Made by a program: the position numbers and the translations under genes. From the NCBI GenBank assembly GCA_035221665.1, contig CM069135.1:75082001-75146000 (forward strand): 64,000 nucleotides of DNA, given 5' to 3'. The notes beneath the pieces are model-generated. The model had not been told where the DNA came from, made no database searches, and was given only the letters and a program-made list of their open reading frames with translations. This document shows positions 52,303 through 64,000 of this stretch, piece by piece. Position 1 is the stretch's first letter; the number at the start of each line of letters is the position of its first letter. Origin of the DNA: Okamejei kenojei. Taxonomy: Eukaryota.

Positions 52303-53509
52303 AACCATATAACCATATAACCATATAACAATTACAGCACGGAGACAGGCCCTCTCGGCCCTTCCAGTCCGTGCCGACCATTTGTTTTCCCCTAGTCCCA
52401 TCTACCTGCACTCAGACCATACCCCTCCATTCCCTTCACGTCCATATACCTATCCACTTTACTTTTAAATGTTAAAATCGATCCTGCCTCCACCACCTCT
52501 GCTGGAAGCTCATTCCACACAGCCACCACCCTCTGAGTAAAGAAGTTCCCCCTCACGTTACCCCTAAACTTCTGTCCCTTAATTCTCATGTCATGCCCTC
52601 TTGTTTGAATCTTCCCTACCCTCAATGGGAAAAGCTTATCCACGTCAACTCTGTCTATCCCTTTTCATCATTTTAAAGACCTCAATCAAGTCCCCCCTTA
52701 ACCTTCTGCGCTCCAAAGAATAAAGACCTAACTTGTTCAACCTTTCTCTGTAACATAGTTGCTGGAACCCTGGCAACATTCTAGTAAATCTCCTCTGTAC
52801 TCTCTCTATTTTGTTGACATCCTTCCTATAACTAGGCGACAAAAATTGTACACCATACTCCAGAATTGGTCTTACCAATGCCTTGTACAATTTTAACATT
52901 ACTTCCCTACTCCTATATTCAATGCTCTGATTTATAAAGGCCAGCACACCAAAGGCTTTCTTTACCACCCTATCTACATGCGATTCCACCTTCAGGGAAC
53001 TATGCACAGTTATTTCCTAGATCCCTCTGTTCCACAGCATTCCTCAATTCCCTACCATTTACCATGTACGTCCTATTTTGATTTGTCCTGCCAAGATGTA
53101 GCACTTCACACTTATCAGCATTAAACTCCATCTGCCATCTTTCAGCCCACTTTTCCAAATGGCCCAAATCTCTCTGTAGACTTTGAGAATCTACTTCATT
53201 ATCCACAATACCACCTATCTTAGTATCATCTGCATACTTACTTATACAATTTTCCACCCCATCATCCAGATCATTGATGTACATGACAAACAACAGTGGA
53301 CCCAACACAGATCCCTGAGGCACCCCACTGGTCACCGGCTTCCAACCTGACAAACAGCCATCCACCATTACTCTCTGACATCTCCCATTCAGCCACTGTT
53401 GAATCCATCTTGCTACTCCGCCATTAACACCCAAAGATTGAACCTTCTGAACCAACCTTCCATGGGGAACCTTGTCAAAGGCCTTACTGAAATCCATATA
53501 GACAACAAA
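52303..53509 (-). mobile_element. CR1 LINE of a second subfamily inserted in the Rex1-type element
   Basis: MDFSKAFDKVPH...KYADDTKIGG, an (ATATGGTT)n tail, and a 14-bp TSD ATATCAGAAGATAT (52289-52302 / 53510-53523). Confidence 0.92.
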
Positions 53510-54439
53510 ATATCAGAAGATATTTCCTGGACCCAGCACACCGATGCAATTGTAAAGAAGGCACATCAGCGACTCTATTCCTGAGAAGATTACGGAGATT
53601 CGGCATGTCGAAGAGGATTCTCCTAATCTTCTACAGGTGCACAGTAGAGAGTATTCTGACTGGTTGCATCGTGGCCTGGTTCGGCAACTTGAAGGTCCAG
53701 GAGCGAAAAAGACTATAAAAAGTTGTGACCACTGCCAAGTCAATCACCGGCTTTGACCTCCCCACCGTCGAAGGGATCTATCGTAGTCGCTGCCTTAAAA
53801 AGGCAGCCAAAATCATCAAAATCATCATACAGGAGCCTGAAGACTGTAACGTCCAGGTTCAGGAACAGCTTCTTACCCACAGCCATCAGGCTATTAAACA
53901 CAACAAATATGCTATGAGCTGCAAAAGACTATATTATTATATGTTATTTGCACTATATTTGTTATTTATTGAACTTTTTCTTTTTCCCCCATTATATACA
54001 ATGTTTACATATTCACATATTCTGATATGCTGCAGTAAGTAAGAATTTCATTGTCCCGTCTGGGACATATGACAATAAAACACTCTTGACTCTTGAACAT
54101 CATCAAGGATGTTCCTGACCACACACTCATCTCTCCGCTGCCATCAGGCAGAAGGTACAGCAGCCTGAAATCTGGTACATCCAGGTTCAGGAACATCTTC
54201 ATCCCCAAGCCATCAGGCTATTAAACTAGCCATCAAACAGACTCTGAACTATAACAGCCTATTGCACTTTATCTGTTTATTTATATGTGTATATATGGTC
54301 TATGCTATAAACACACTGAAGTGTTCTGTATTATGCTTAAAAATTCTGTTGTGCTGCAGCAAGCAAGAATTTCATTGTCCTATCTGGGACACATGACAAT
54401 AAACTCTCTTGACTTGACGAAGAGATCTCAAAAATTATT

Positions 54440-56518
54440 ATTTTTTGTTTAATATTTTTATTAGAAGCATTGCATATTATCTAAGGTACAACAGCACTTC
54501 AAATACAAATCAGACTTATCACAAACATTGTACAGATATTATGGGATAATTTATATATGCTAATGTTTTTGATATTTTTTGGGAAGGTAAGGGAGTGAAA
54601 AAAAAAGTAAAAGTATAAATCAATAATCAAGACGTTGTGATTAAATAATAATGATTATATAATAAAAAAATAAAAAATAAAAAAACATATAATCAAGACG
54701 TTGTGATTAAATAATAATGATTATATAATAAAAAAAGAAAAAGTAAAAAAGAAAAGATAAACAAGAAAAATAAAAAAAAATAAAAACAGTTATTATATAA
54801 TTAAAAATTAAATAAAGGAATCTTTACATTGAATGGAACAGTTTTATATAACAATATCTATTGAGACAAGTATACAGATCCCAATACTTCTTTCATCTAA
54901 TCCTACACCAGGGTACTTATTGAGTTACAGTGCTGAGCTCAGCTACCCCTTTAAGTAATCAATGAATGGAGACCATATTTGTTCAAAAAAATCATATTTG
55001 TCCATTAGGACAAACCTAATTCTCTCCAAATGCAATGTCACCGACATTTCCACAGTCCACATTTTGATTGTGGGGGATAATGTTCCCTTCCAGAATTTTA
55101 ATATTAATTTTTTTCCAATTATCAAACAGTAATCAAGAAAATTTATTTGACTTACAGTTAATATTAAGCTTGAGTCAGGGACTCCTAATATTATTAACTT
55201 TAGATCAGGGTCCAATTTAGTTTTAAGAACCTCAGAGATGATTCCAAAAATATCAGCCCAATAACTATTAAGTTTTATGCATGTTACAAAACTATGCGTT
55301 AAGTTGGCTTCTAAATTCTGACATTTGTCGCAAATAGAACAAATGTTAGGAAAAATTCTATTTAATTTTGTTTTTGAGTAGTGTAATCTATGTATTACTT
55401 TAAATTGTACCAAAATATGTCTGGCATTTAATGAGCATCCGTGTGTACGTTGTAAACTTTCTTCCCAAGTGTCTTTCATTATAGATAGACCTATTTCATT
55501 TTCCCATATCTGTCGGTATGATTCTGTTGTTGGGACTTACCTATCCAAAAGAGTATTATATATGCACACTATTAATTTTTCTGTATTTGGGTGCTTGTTA
55601 AGCCACTCATCCAATAATCCTGGCTCTCTATTCTTATAGTCTTGCATGTTTGACTTGATATAGTCTCTAATTTGTAAATACCTGAACAAGTTATTTGGGT
55701 GTAATCCATAGATATCTTTTAATTCTTGAAATGATGTAAAGGTGTTCTATCCTTATAATTCCTAAATTTTTCCAGTGTCTAAACCCCTTTTCCAATATAG
55801 AAGGTTTAAATTTTATTCATAATTGGTAAACAGAGTGACATATTATCCAGATGTAAAGTCTTAACTATTTGTATATTAGCAACGTATATTGCTATAAATT
55901 ATAGGGTTATCCCCGTAAGTTTTTTTTTGTACTTCACTTGGAACAAGAAGAATCGAACTTATATCAAATGGTAAACAGTCTTCCATTTCCATCTTTAGCC
56001 AAGCTGGTTCCTGGTCCATTTTTACCAGCCAAAAATTCATATTCTTAATCTGAACCGCCCAAAAATAATATAAAAAATTAGGTAACGCTAATCCTCCATT
56101 TATCTTGGATTTACATAAATGTTTTTTACTTATTCTGTGATTTTTATAATCCCAAATAAAGCTGTTAATAATAGAATCGATTTTATTGAAAACAAATTTT
56201 GGGAGATATAAAGGGATAGTTTGAAATAAATATAATAATTGCGGTAAAAAGACCATTTTTATAGCATTTATTCTGCAAATCATTGATATTGGTAGTGTTT
56301 TCCAGTATAAAATATTCTTTTTTAGTTCATCCAATAACTGAGGGTAATTTAATTTGAATAATAGATTATAAGATTTAGATACATTAATTCCTAGGTATTT
56401 AAATTTACCCGTAACTATTTTAAACGGAAATTGTTGTAATATGTTTACTTTTATTCCAGTTATAGGCATGATTTCACTTTTATTCCAATTAATTCTATAT
56501 CCTGAAAATGTACCCAAA
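54440..56518 (-). mobile_element. L1-clade LINE, 5'-truncated
   Basis: GYRINWNKSE, FKYLGI, GGLALPN and a C-terminal CCHC motif (CDKC...H...C). A-rich tail. 15-bp TSD ATCTCAAAAATTATT (54425-54439 / 56519-56533). Confidence 0.92.
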
Positions 56519-56778
56519 ATCTCAAAAATTATTTGGAAAAAGAAGGGAGTGAGACAATGTCGGTTGAAGGTTTCAAGTATAGAGTGAATTTGTAACTTTG
56601 TGAGATCTCAGGCAAGTCAAAGCAAAAGAGGGAAATGGGACAAGCCGTAGAAAACATATTTTAATAAGCCACATTGACAACTTCAAGAGCATTACTTTGT
56701 TGTACCGAGTGAAACACCCAATTAAGAGAAGACAGGAAACTTTAACACAGCATCACCATATCGTAACTTTGAATGAGA

Positions 56779-58168
56779 TATAGAATCATAGAAAATAGGT
56801 GCAGGAGTAGGCCATTCGGCCCTTCGAGCCTGCACCGCCATTCAATGTGATCATGGCTGATCATCCAACTCAGTATCCTGTACCTGCCTTCTCTCCATAC
56901 CTCCCGATCCCTTCAGCCACAAGGGCCACATCCAACTCCCTCCTAAATATAGCCAATGAACTGGCCTCACCTACCCTCTGTGGCAGAGAACTCCACAGAC
57001 TCACCACTCTCTGTGTGAAAAATGATCTTCTCATTTCGGTCCTAAAAGACCTCCCCCTTATCCTCAAACTGCGACCCCCCGTTCTGGAGTTCCCCAACAT
57101 CGGGAACAATCTTCCTGCATCTAGCCTGTCCAACCCCTCGAGAATTTTCTAAGTCTCTATAAGATCCCCCCTCAATCTCCCAAATTCCAGCGAGTACAAG
57201 CCGAGTCTATCCAGTCTTTCTTCATATGGAAGTCCTGCCATCCCAGGAATAAGTCTTGTGAATCTTCTCTGTACTCCCTCCATGGCAAGAATGTCCCTCC
57301 TCAGATTAGGACACCAAAACTGTACACAACACTCCAGGTGTGGCCCCACCAAGGCCCTGTACAACTGCAGTAGTACCTCCCTGCTCTTGTACTCAAATCC
57401 TTTTGCTATGAATGCCAACATACCATTCGCCTTCTTCACAGCCTGCTGCACCTGCATGCCTACTTTCAATGACTGGTGCACCATGACACCCAGTTCCCGT
57501 TGCATCTCCCCTTTTCCCAATCGGCCACCGTTCAGATAATAGTCCACCCTCCCGTTTTTGCCGCCAAAGTGGACAACCTCACATTACACTGCATCTGCCA
57601 TGCACCTGCCCACTCACCCAACCTATCCAAGTCACCTTGCAGCCTCCCAGCATCCTCCTCACAGCTAACACTGCCCCCCAGCTTCGTGTCATCCGCAAAC
57701 TTGGAGATGTTGCATTCAATTCCCTCATCCAGATCATCAATATATATTGTAAATAGCTGGGGTCCCAGCACTGAGCCCTGCGGCACCCCACCAGTCACTG
57801 CCTGCCATTCTGAAAATGACCCGTCTACTCCTACTCTCTGCCTCCTATCTGCCAGCCAGTTCTCTATCCACATCAACACTGAACCCCCAAATACCGTGTG
57901 CTTTAAGTATGAATGCCAATCTCTTATGTGGGACCCTGTCGAAAGCCCTCTGAAAGTCCAGATATAACACATCCACAGGTTCTCCCTTATCCACTCCACC
58001 AGTTACATCCTCGAAAAATTCTACAAGATTCGTCAGACATGATTTACCTTTCATAAATCCATGCTGACTTTGTCCAATGACTTCACCACTTTCCAAATGT
58101 GCTGCTATCCCATCTTTACTAACCGACTCTAGCATTTTCCCCACTACCGATGTTAGACCAACTGGTCT
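56779..58168 (-). mobile_element. CR1 LINE copy with strand-specific A>G hypermutation
   Basis: Colinear with the CR1 at 9120-10530 but carries many A>G differences on the element's sense strand (see findings). Confidence 0.92.
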
Positions 58169-58202
58169 CTATATGTGGAGACTAGAGACATAGATATAAA
58201 AG

Positions 58203-59412
58203 GGGTGGCAACGTGGCGCGGCAGTAGAGTTGCTGCCTTACCGTTTGAGAGACCCAGGTTTGATCCTGACTATGGATGATGTCCGTGCAGAGTTTGTACG
58301 TTAAATACTTGGGTATTCAATCACCAGAAGATATCAAGACATGTTTAATGCAAACTATAACCCTGTACTTAAGAAACTTAATTTAATTAATTTAATTCTG
58401 GAAAACGCTTCCGATGTCCTTAATGGGCCGAATAAATGCTATAAAAATGATTTTTTTTACCACAAATCATATACCTGTTCCAATCAATCCTAATATACCT
58501 ACCCAAAAAGTTAAAAAAAAATTGGACTCAGATATCACAAATTTTATTTGGGATTATAAGTCCCATAGAATACAAAGACCACACCTGAATGAACCCAAAG
58601 TAGTAGGGGGATTAGCACTCCCTAATTTTATGTATTACAATTGGTCTGTAAATATCAGAAATATGATTCATTTGTTGGATAACTCTCCTCATCAACCGGA
58701 GTGGATCATTATGGAGAAAGAGGACTGCTCCCCTTTTAATATTGGCACGATCCTTCTCTCACCAATGACGGTGAATAATACAAATTACAACAAAAATCCA
58801 ATTATACTTAGTACAATCAGAATTTGGAAACTAATAAAATATATCAACATTAAATATGTGGATTTCAACTATGTTTGAAACACTACATCTGGAAGATATG
58901 AGACTCTGCCTGGCAGGAAAATCAGATCGTTTCTATCAGACGTGGTCTGCATTTCTAGGGTCTATCTCTTAATCCCCTTTCTATAACTCTTTGACCAAGT
59001 GGTTTTTTTTTCTCCCCTTTGGCACTCTCACTTTCACAACTCTTTTCACCTACTTCACTCTCTTTGTTTCTATTCTCTTTCTTTAAAAGCCATAAAATTA
59101 TGGGGTACAATGATTGTAACAATATATACGTGATGTACACTGATGTATTTACCTCTATTAAATACAATTTTTTTTTTTTTAATTAAAAAAAAGAGTTTGT
59201 ACGTTCTCCCTGTGACCACAAGGGTTTTCTCCGGGTGCTCTGGTTTCCCCCCACAATCCAAAGGCGTACAGGTTTGTAGGTTTGTAATTGGCTTCTGTAC
59301 TTTGTAAATTGTTCCTAGTGTTGGATAGTGCTAGTGTATGGGGTTATCGCTGGTGGGCGCTGGCTCAGTTGGCTGAAGGGCCTGTTTCAGCACTGTATCT
59401 CTAAAGCCTAAA
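58203..59412 (+). mobile_element. tRNA-SINE interrupted by an internally deleted L1 fragment (58303-59191)
   Basis: The L1 peptide SLMGRINAIKM...GGLALPNF is followed by a poly(A) end. 14-bp TSD AGAGTTTGTACGTT (58289-58302 / 59192-59205). Confidence 0.85.
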
Positions 59413-59580
59413 GTCTTTATCCTGCATGGCAATGGCATTTGGGAAGAATCTGTCGGAGATTTCTTCCAACTATTTTTAATCGGACTTTACTAGACTTTGT
59501 CTTGCACTGTACATTATACTGTGTGGAATGTGCTTCCAGCAGAAGTGGCGGAGGCAGGATCGATTTTAACATTTAAGAGT

Positions 59581-59779
59581 TGTAAATGAAAACTTTACAA
59601 GCTCTTAAGTGTGCAACATCTTTTAATGATAGCACAGGGCATTACATACATCTTCAAGCACAGGCTACATTCTTCTACTGCTGCGCCCAGGAAGGGGAAG
59701 GCGTTATGATTGATGTTAACTGGGCGGGGTTAATGGGAGTGAGGTAACTATATTATTGGTTGCATATAAACCATCTACA
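59581..59779 (-). mobile_element. Very short solo LTR (199 bp) inserted in a CR1 3' tail
   Basis: TG...CA ends with imperfect inverted termini TGTAAATG / CATCTACA, and a 5-bp TSD AGAGT (59576-59580 / 59780-59784). CCAAT, a GC box and ATTAAA are on the minus strand. Confidence 0.75.
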
Positions 59780-61263
59780 AGAGTAAAGTGGATAGGTATA
59801 TGGACGTGAAGGGAATGGAGGGGTATGGTCTGAGTGCAGGTAGATGGGACTAGGGGAAAACAAATGGTCGGCACGGACTGGAAGGGCCGAGAGGGCCTGT
59901 TTCCGTGCTAGAATTGTTATATGGTTATATGGTTATATGGTTATACCATTTATCCTGTGTCTGCACACTGTGGATGGCTTGATTGTAATCATGTAGTCTT
60001 TCTGCTGAATGGATAGTATGCAACGAAAAAACTTTTCACTGTACCTCGGTACACATGACAATAAACTAAATAAAACAAAAAATATATCCTTCATGTTCAG
60101 TAGGAATAACATGTCCAGTAGGAATACCTTGTATGAAGGCAGATTGATTTGTTGATTTTATGTTTGTTCAAGTGCAGCCTTGAAGTCAAGTATAGTCATT
60201 TTCAATTCGCCTCTGGAATTCAGCTCTTTGATCAATGTTTGGACTAAGTCTGTGATGAGGTCTGGAGGAGAATGGGCTTGTCAAAACCAAAACTAAGCAT
60301 CAGCATGCATGTCTTTGAAGTATCTCTTGAAGCAATTGTCAAGCACACAATCCATCAATTTGCTAATTTTGAGAGTTGCAAATTATCACTTTTGAATAAA
60401 GTTTGCTTTTGTTAGAAAGTGAGTGGCTTGGTTATATCAAATATTCTTATGTAGAATTTGTTTTGAGGTTGGTAATTTTGAAAATGAGATAGCCATCCAA
60501 TGCATATAAGTAAAGGGGAGTATTTTGTTTCCAGAATAAAACATCATGATCTACATCTTTAAAAAAAAATCTATTTGTGCAAATGCGATTTGGAAGGTTT
60601 TCATCCAATTGTTTAAGGGACAGCAATTACTCACAGTCAAAACCAAAAACATAAGTGTTTCGATTGAATACATCAAATGGATTGTAATATAAATATCCCT
60701 AACTTATCAACTGTTTGTTGCATCTAACAAATTAACAGTTTTTGTAAGGCACACCATTGAACAGCTAATCTCTGTAAGCTCCACCTTGCACTTCAGTAGG
60801 GACCTTTCGAGAGATCAGCTGATGCAAGTTCCCGGGCAGGAGGCAGTATTTTGCTTTTCAGTTCATTCGGCCTGTGGGTTAAATTAATGCAGTAGCTATT
60901 TTATTTCTGTAGCGGTGTGCATAAGCAGCACTTTTGCAGAATGCTTTTTCAGCTGCATAAGTTGTATTAACTAAATGCAAGTCATTTTTAAAACTGAATA
61001 TCTGTAAGCTATTTTTGTGCACTCCGGCATCTAGTTTTTGTTTGCTTACTGCATGTAAAGAGGCTTAATACAAACTATCAGAACAGACTAAGGGCTACAT
61101 CTACAAAGTTGTATTTGGCAGAGCATTCTGAAAGTTTCCTGTTACCAAGCCCGATAATATTTTCACGTGTTGCATTGATGTGAAATTACAGACTTGTGCT
61201 ATTGTGGGACGCCACGGTGTTACTTTGTCCTTTTAGATTAAAAGGTTATCCCTATTCCATAGC

Positions 61264-61483
61264 ATGGCAGCGGTGGATAGTTTCGAACTACTGTACTGGC
61301 AGGTTGCCAGGACGTGTAATGTCTACTCTGATGCATTAACTGTTCTGGGAGCATGGTATGTGGCAAAGACCAGTATCTGCTTTGTTTGTGATATCTACAG
61401 TATGGTTAGACTCCATTTCATCCCGAGACTGATGAGCAGGAAACACCTGCTCAAACACTATGGGAAATGGGCCATGGTAACTG
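61264..61483 (+). CDS. hsdl1: HSDL1-like short-chain dehydrogenase/reductase, first coding exon
   Basis: [32 protein letters not shown]...RLHFIPRL...YGKWAMVT closely resembles the HSDL1 N-terminus. The 220-nt exon ends G|gtatgt (phase 1). Confidence 0.9.
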
Positions 61484-61719
61484 GTATGTAGCTTTTTTCT
61501 GTCTTTAAGTGAATTATGTTGACATGATAAATTACCTTTGTGCTCTATTACTGCTAGATTTGCATTGTAAATACAGCTGCAAAATGTGTGACTCTTCAAC
61601 CAAGACCAAGCAATTCTTTGGATCAGCACCCAATTCATAAATATCCAATCCCTTACATTTCAGCACAGCTCACAGCAATTTACTGAAGTTCTATTATCAG
61701 TTTCCCAATCAACATGATC

Positions 61720-62304
61720 AGTCTCTGGAATTTTTTGAGGATGTAACTAGGAAAATGGACAAGGGAGAGCCAGTGGATGTAGTATACCTGGACTTTCAGA
61801 AAGCATTTGAAGGTCCCACATAGGAGATTAGTGGGCAAAGTTAGGGCACATGGTATTGGGGGTAGAGTGCTGACATGGATAGAAAATTCGTTGGCAGACA
61901 GGAAACAAAGAGTAGGGATTAACAGGTCCCTTTCAGAATGGCAGGCAGTGACTAGTGGGGTACCGCAAGGTTTGGTGCTGGGACCGCAGCTATTTACAAT
62001 ATACATCAATGATTTAGATGAAGGGATTCGAAGTAACATTAGCAAGTTTGCAGATGACACAAAGCTGGCTGGCAGTGTGAACTGTGAGGAGGATGCTATG
62101 AGAATGCAGGGTGACTTGGACAGGTTGGGTGAGTGGGCATATGCATGGCAGATGCAGTTTAATGTGGATAAATGTGAGGTTATCCACTTTGGTTACAAAA
62201 ACAGGAAGGCAGATTATTATCTAAATGGTGTCAAGCTGGGTAAAGGGGAAGTACAGCGTGATCTGGGGGTCCTTGTTCATCAGTCAATGAACGTAAGCAT
62301 GCAG
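61720..62304 (+). mobile_element. CR1 RT fragment in the hsdl1 intron
   Basis: KVPHRRL...VTSGVPQG...KFADDTKL. Ends in a purine-rich tract. Confidence 0.88.
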
Positions 62305-63639
62305 GGGAGGAGGAGGAGGAGGGAGGGGGAGGGGGAAGGGGGGGACAGACAGACAGACAACTGAGCACACAGCCAAATACTCCTGTGCAGATGGTCATTG
62401 AGGAAGAACTGTTGCCAATTGGCACCGTTTGAGCTCTGCTGATGAGAAAGCCGTGAAAAAAGTTGCGTAGGAAATGACTTTATGTGCAATGAGATCATAT
62501 TTCTATTGCGTGCTAATTTGTGAAGCTAAGTGTTCAAATGTTGGAAATGTTACATTCTACTGTAGTTTGACTTCAGTGCCTTCACTGTCAAAAGAAATTC
62601 ATTGAAAAAAAGCAATATCATGATATCTTCTATTTATTCTGAAGGATCAGTAGTCTTCTGAAAGGAAACATTTCTTGACCTTGATCCATCAATTTATTTG
62701 TACATGAGGTACTGCAGATGTTATAATCTTGAGCAAAACACAAATAGCTGGAGGAACTCAGTGAGTCAGGCAGCATCTGTGAAGGGAATGGATAGCACCT
62801 TTCAAACCGGTCAATTTATTTGCACAACTTCTGTGGACACTGTCAACTTCATGTCGATTCATCATGTTTGTCACTTGGGAATTGCAGGCTGCACTCCCCA
62901 TTCTGTTGTGCGATGTAGTTCCCATCTAATTCTCTGCCAAATCAATTCTCATGGTATACCCAGTTTCACATTGCCTGTGTTCTCCTCCCTCCTCCCTTGG
63001 GGAAAAAAGTGCTTTCTACATGATAACTGTAGTGACCGTTGTCACTCGACCAGAGATGTGCTTGTAATAAAAAATCACAATTGACCAATAGATGAGATAC
63101 ACCTGGCTTGTGAATCGCAATGACCACTTTTATTGGATGAAAATAAATATACATTCAGATCGTTCCATTATTAACACTCACATTTCATATGATTAGAGGT
63201 ATTTGGTATAGAATTATAATAGAATAGAAAGTAGATTTTTGGTCAGGATATATCTGATGATCTTAGACAGTTTGTGCAATAATGTGCAGGAATTCTGAAT
63301 CGACTTTGTCTTATTTTATTCTGTGCAATAAGTTTATATTTGGATAATGTAAAGCTAGCACATTTGGAAACTATGGTGTGATGTTTTGTGACTGATAATC
63401 TTGTATGCCTGCCAGAGAAAAAAACATAGAATGGAATGCATTTATGAAATACATCATACATTATGTGATCGGCATGTATGGAATCCTTTCCTTGAACTTT
63501 ATAAATAAGTATTATTTCTCTGAACATAGTCTCTAGTATGGGATTTACTGAGTTAGGCCTTGATGATTTCAGTCACTCTACCAAGAGAGTTAACTAATTT
63601 AACTTTTGACATTAACTGATCTATCTTTGTTGTCCTCAG

Positions 63640-64000
63640 GTGCTACAAGTGGGATTGGTAAAGCCTATGCTGAGGAGCTGGCTAAGCAAGGCATTGATCT
63701 GATTCTTATTAGCCAAGATCAAAACAAGCTGGAAGCCACAGCCGCTGCCATTACAGAAAGGTTTAATGTTGAAACCTATATAATCATAACTGATTTTACT
63801 AAAGGACGCGAGATTTACCAACCAATTCAAGAAGCTCTGAAGGATAAGGAAATAGGCATTCTGGTGAATAGTGCAGATGTGCCTGCTGATTATCCACAGT
63901 TTTTCTTAAATATTTCCGAGGACAAACTCTGGGATCTTATAAATGTAAATATTGCTGCAACCAACATGATGATCCGCATTGTGTTACCAGGAATGGTACA
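63640..64000 (+). CDS. hsdl1: HSDL1-like second coding exon (continues beyond the window)
   Basis: After acceptor tttgttgtcctcag| the frame joins in phase to read (G)ATSGIGKAYAEELAKQGIDLILISQ...KDKEIGILVNSADV...EDKLWDLINVNIAATNMMIRIVLPGMV. This completes the Rossmann TGxxxGxG motif across the intron. Confidence 0.92.

Larger units (their letters stand above)
48548..54420 (+). mobile_element. Rex1/Babar-type LINE (endonuclease remnant plus RT), interrupted by two CR1 copies, with a duplicated 3' region
   Basis: AVYIPPQAD (endonuclease); RT ORF 50838-51500 with KAPGPDGIPGRVLK, LNDYRSVAL and FIDYSTAFNTIIP; then KFANDTTVVG and LNTSKTKELIVDF. (CTTGA)n tails at ~54090 and ~54415. Confidence 0.85.

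Overview
Vertebrate genomic DNA, most likely from a cartilaginous fish (skate or ray; inferred from the CR1, tRNA-SINE, Penelope and Rex1 repeat mix). It carries three host genes: a divergent connexin-43 (gja1, minus strand, with a non-coding exon 1 and an AP-1/CRE promoter), a tandem second alpha-connexin (Cx32.2-like, minus strand), and the first two coding exons of an HSDL1-like gene (plus strand, running off the window). Much of the rest is nested transposable elements. Two observations stand out. First, a CR1 LINE copy (~56.8-58.2 kb) carries dozens of strand-specific A>G changes, mostly in UAG/AAG context, relative to sibling copies in the window; this is the signature expected if an ADAR-hyperedited RNA was reverse-transcribed and fixed in the genome. 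Second, a non-autonomous Helitron family (5' TC, 3' hairpin plus CTAG, A|T target) carries captured GC-rich host fragments, including an exact ALG13 first coding exon with its splice donor. All family names come from manual motif recognition, not database searches. Repeat boundaries are approximate unless a target-site duplication (TSD) is quoted.
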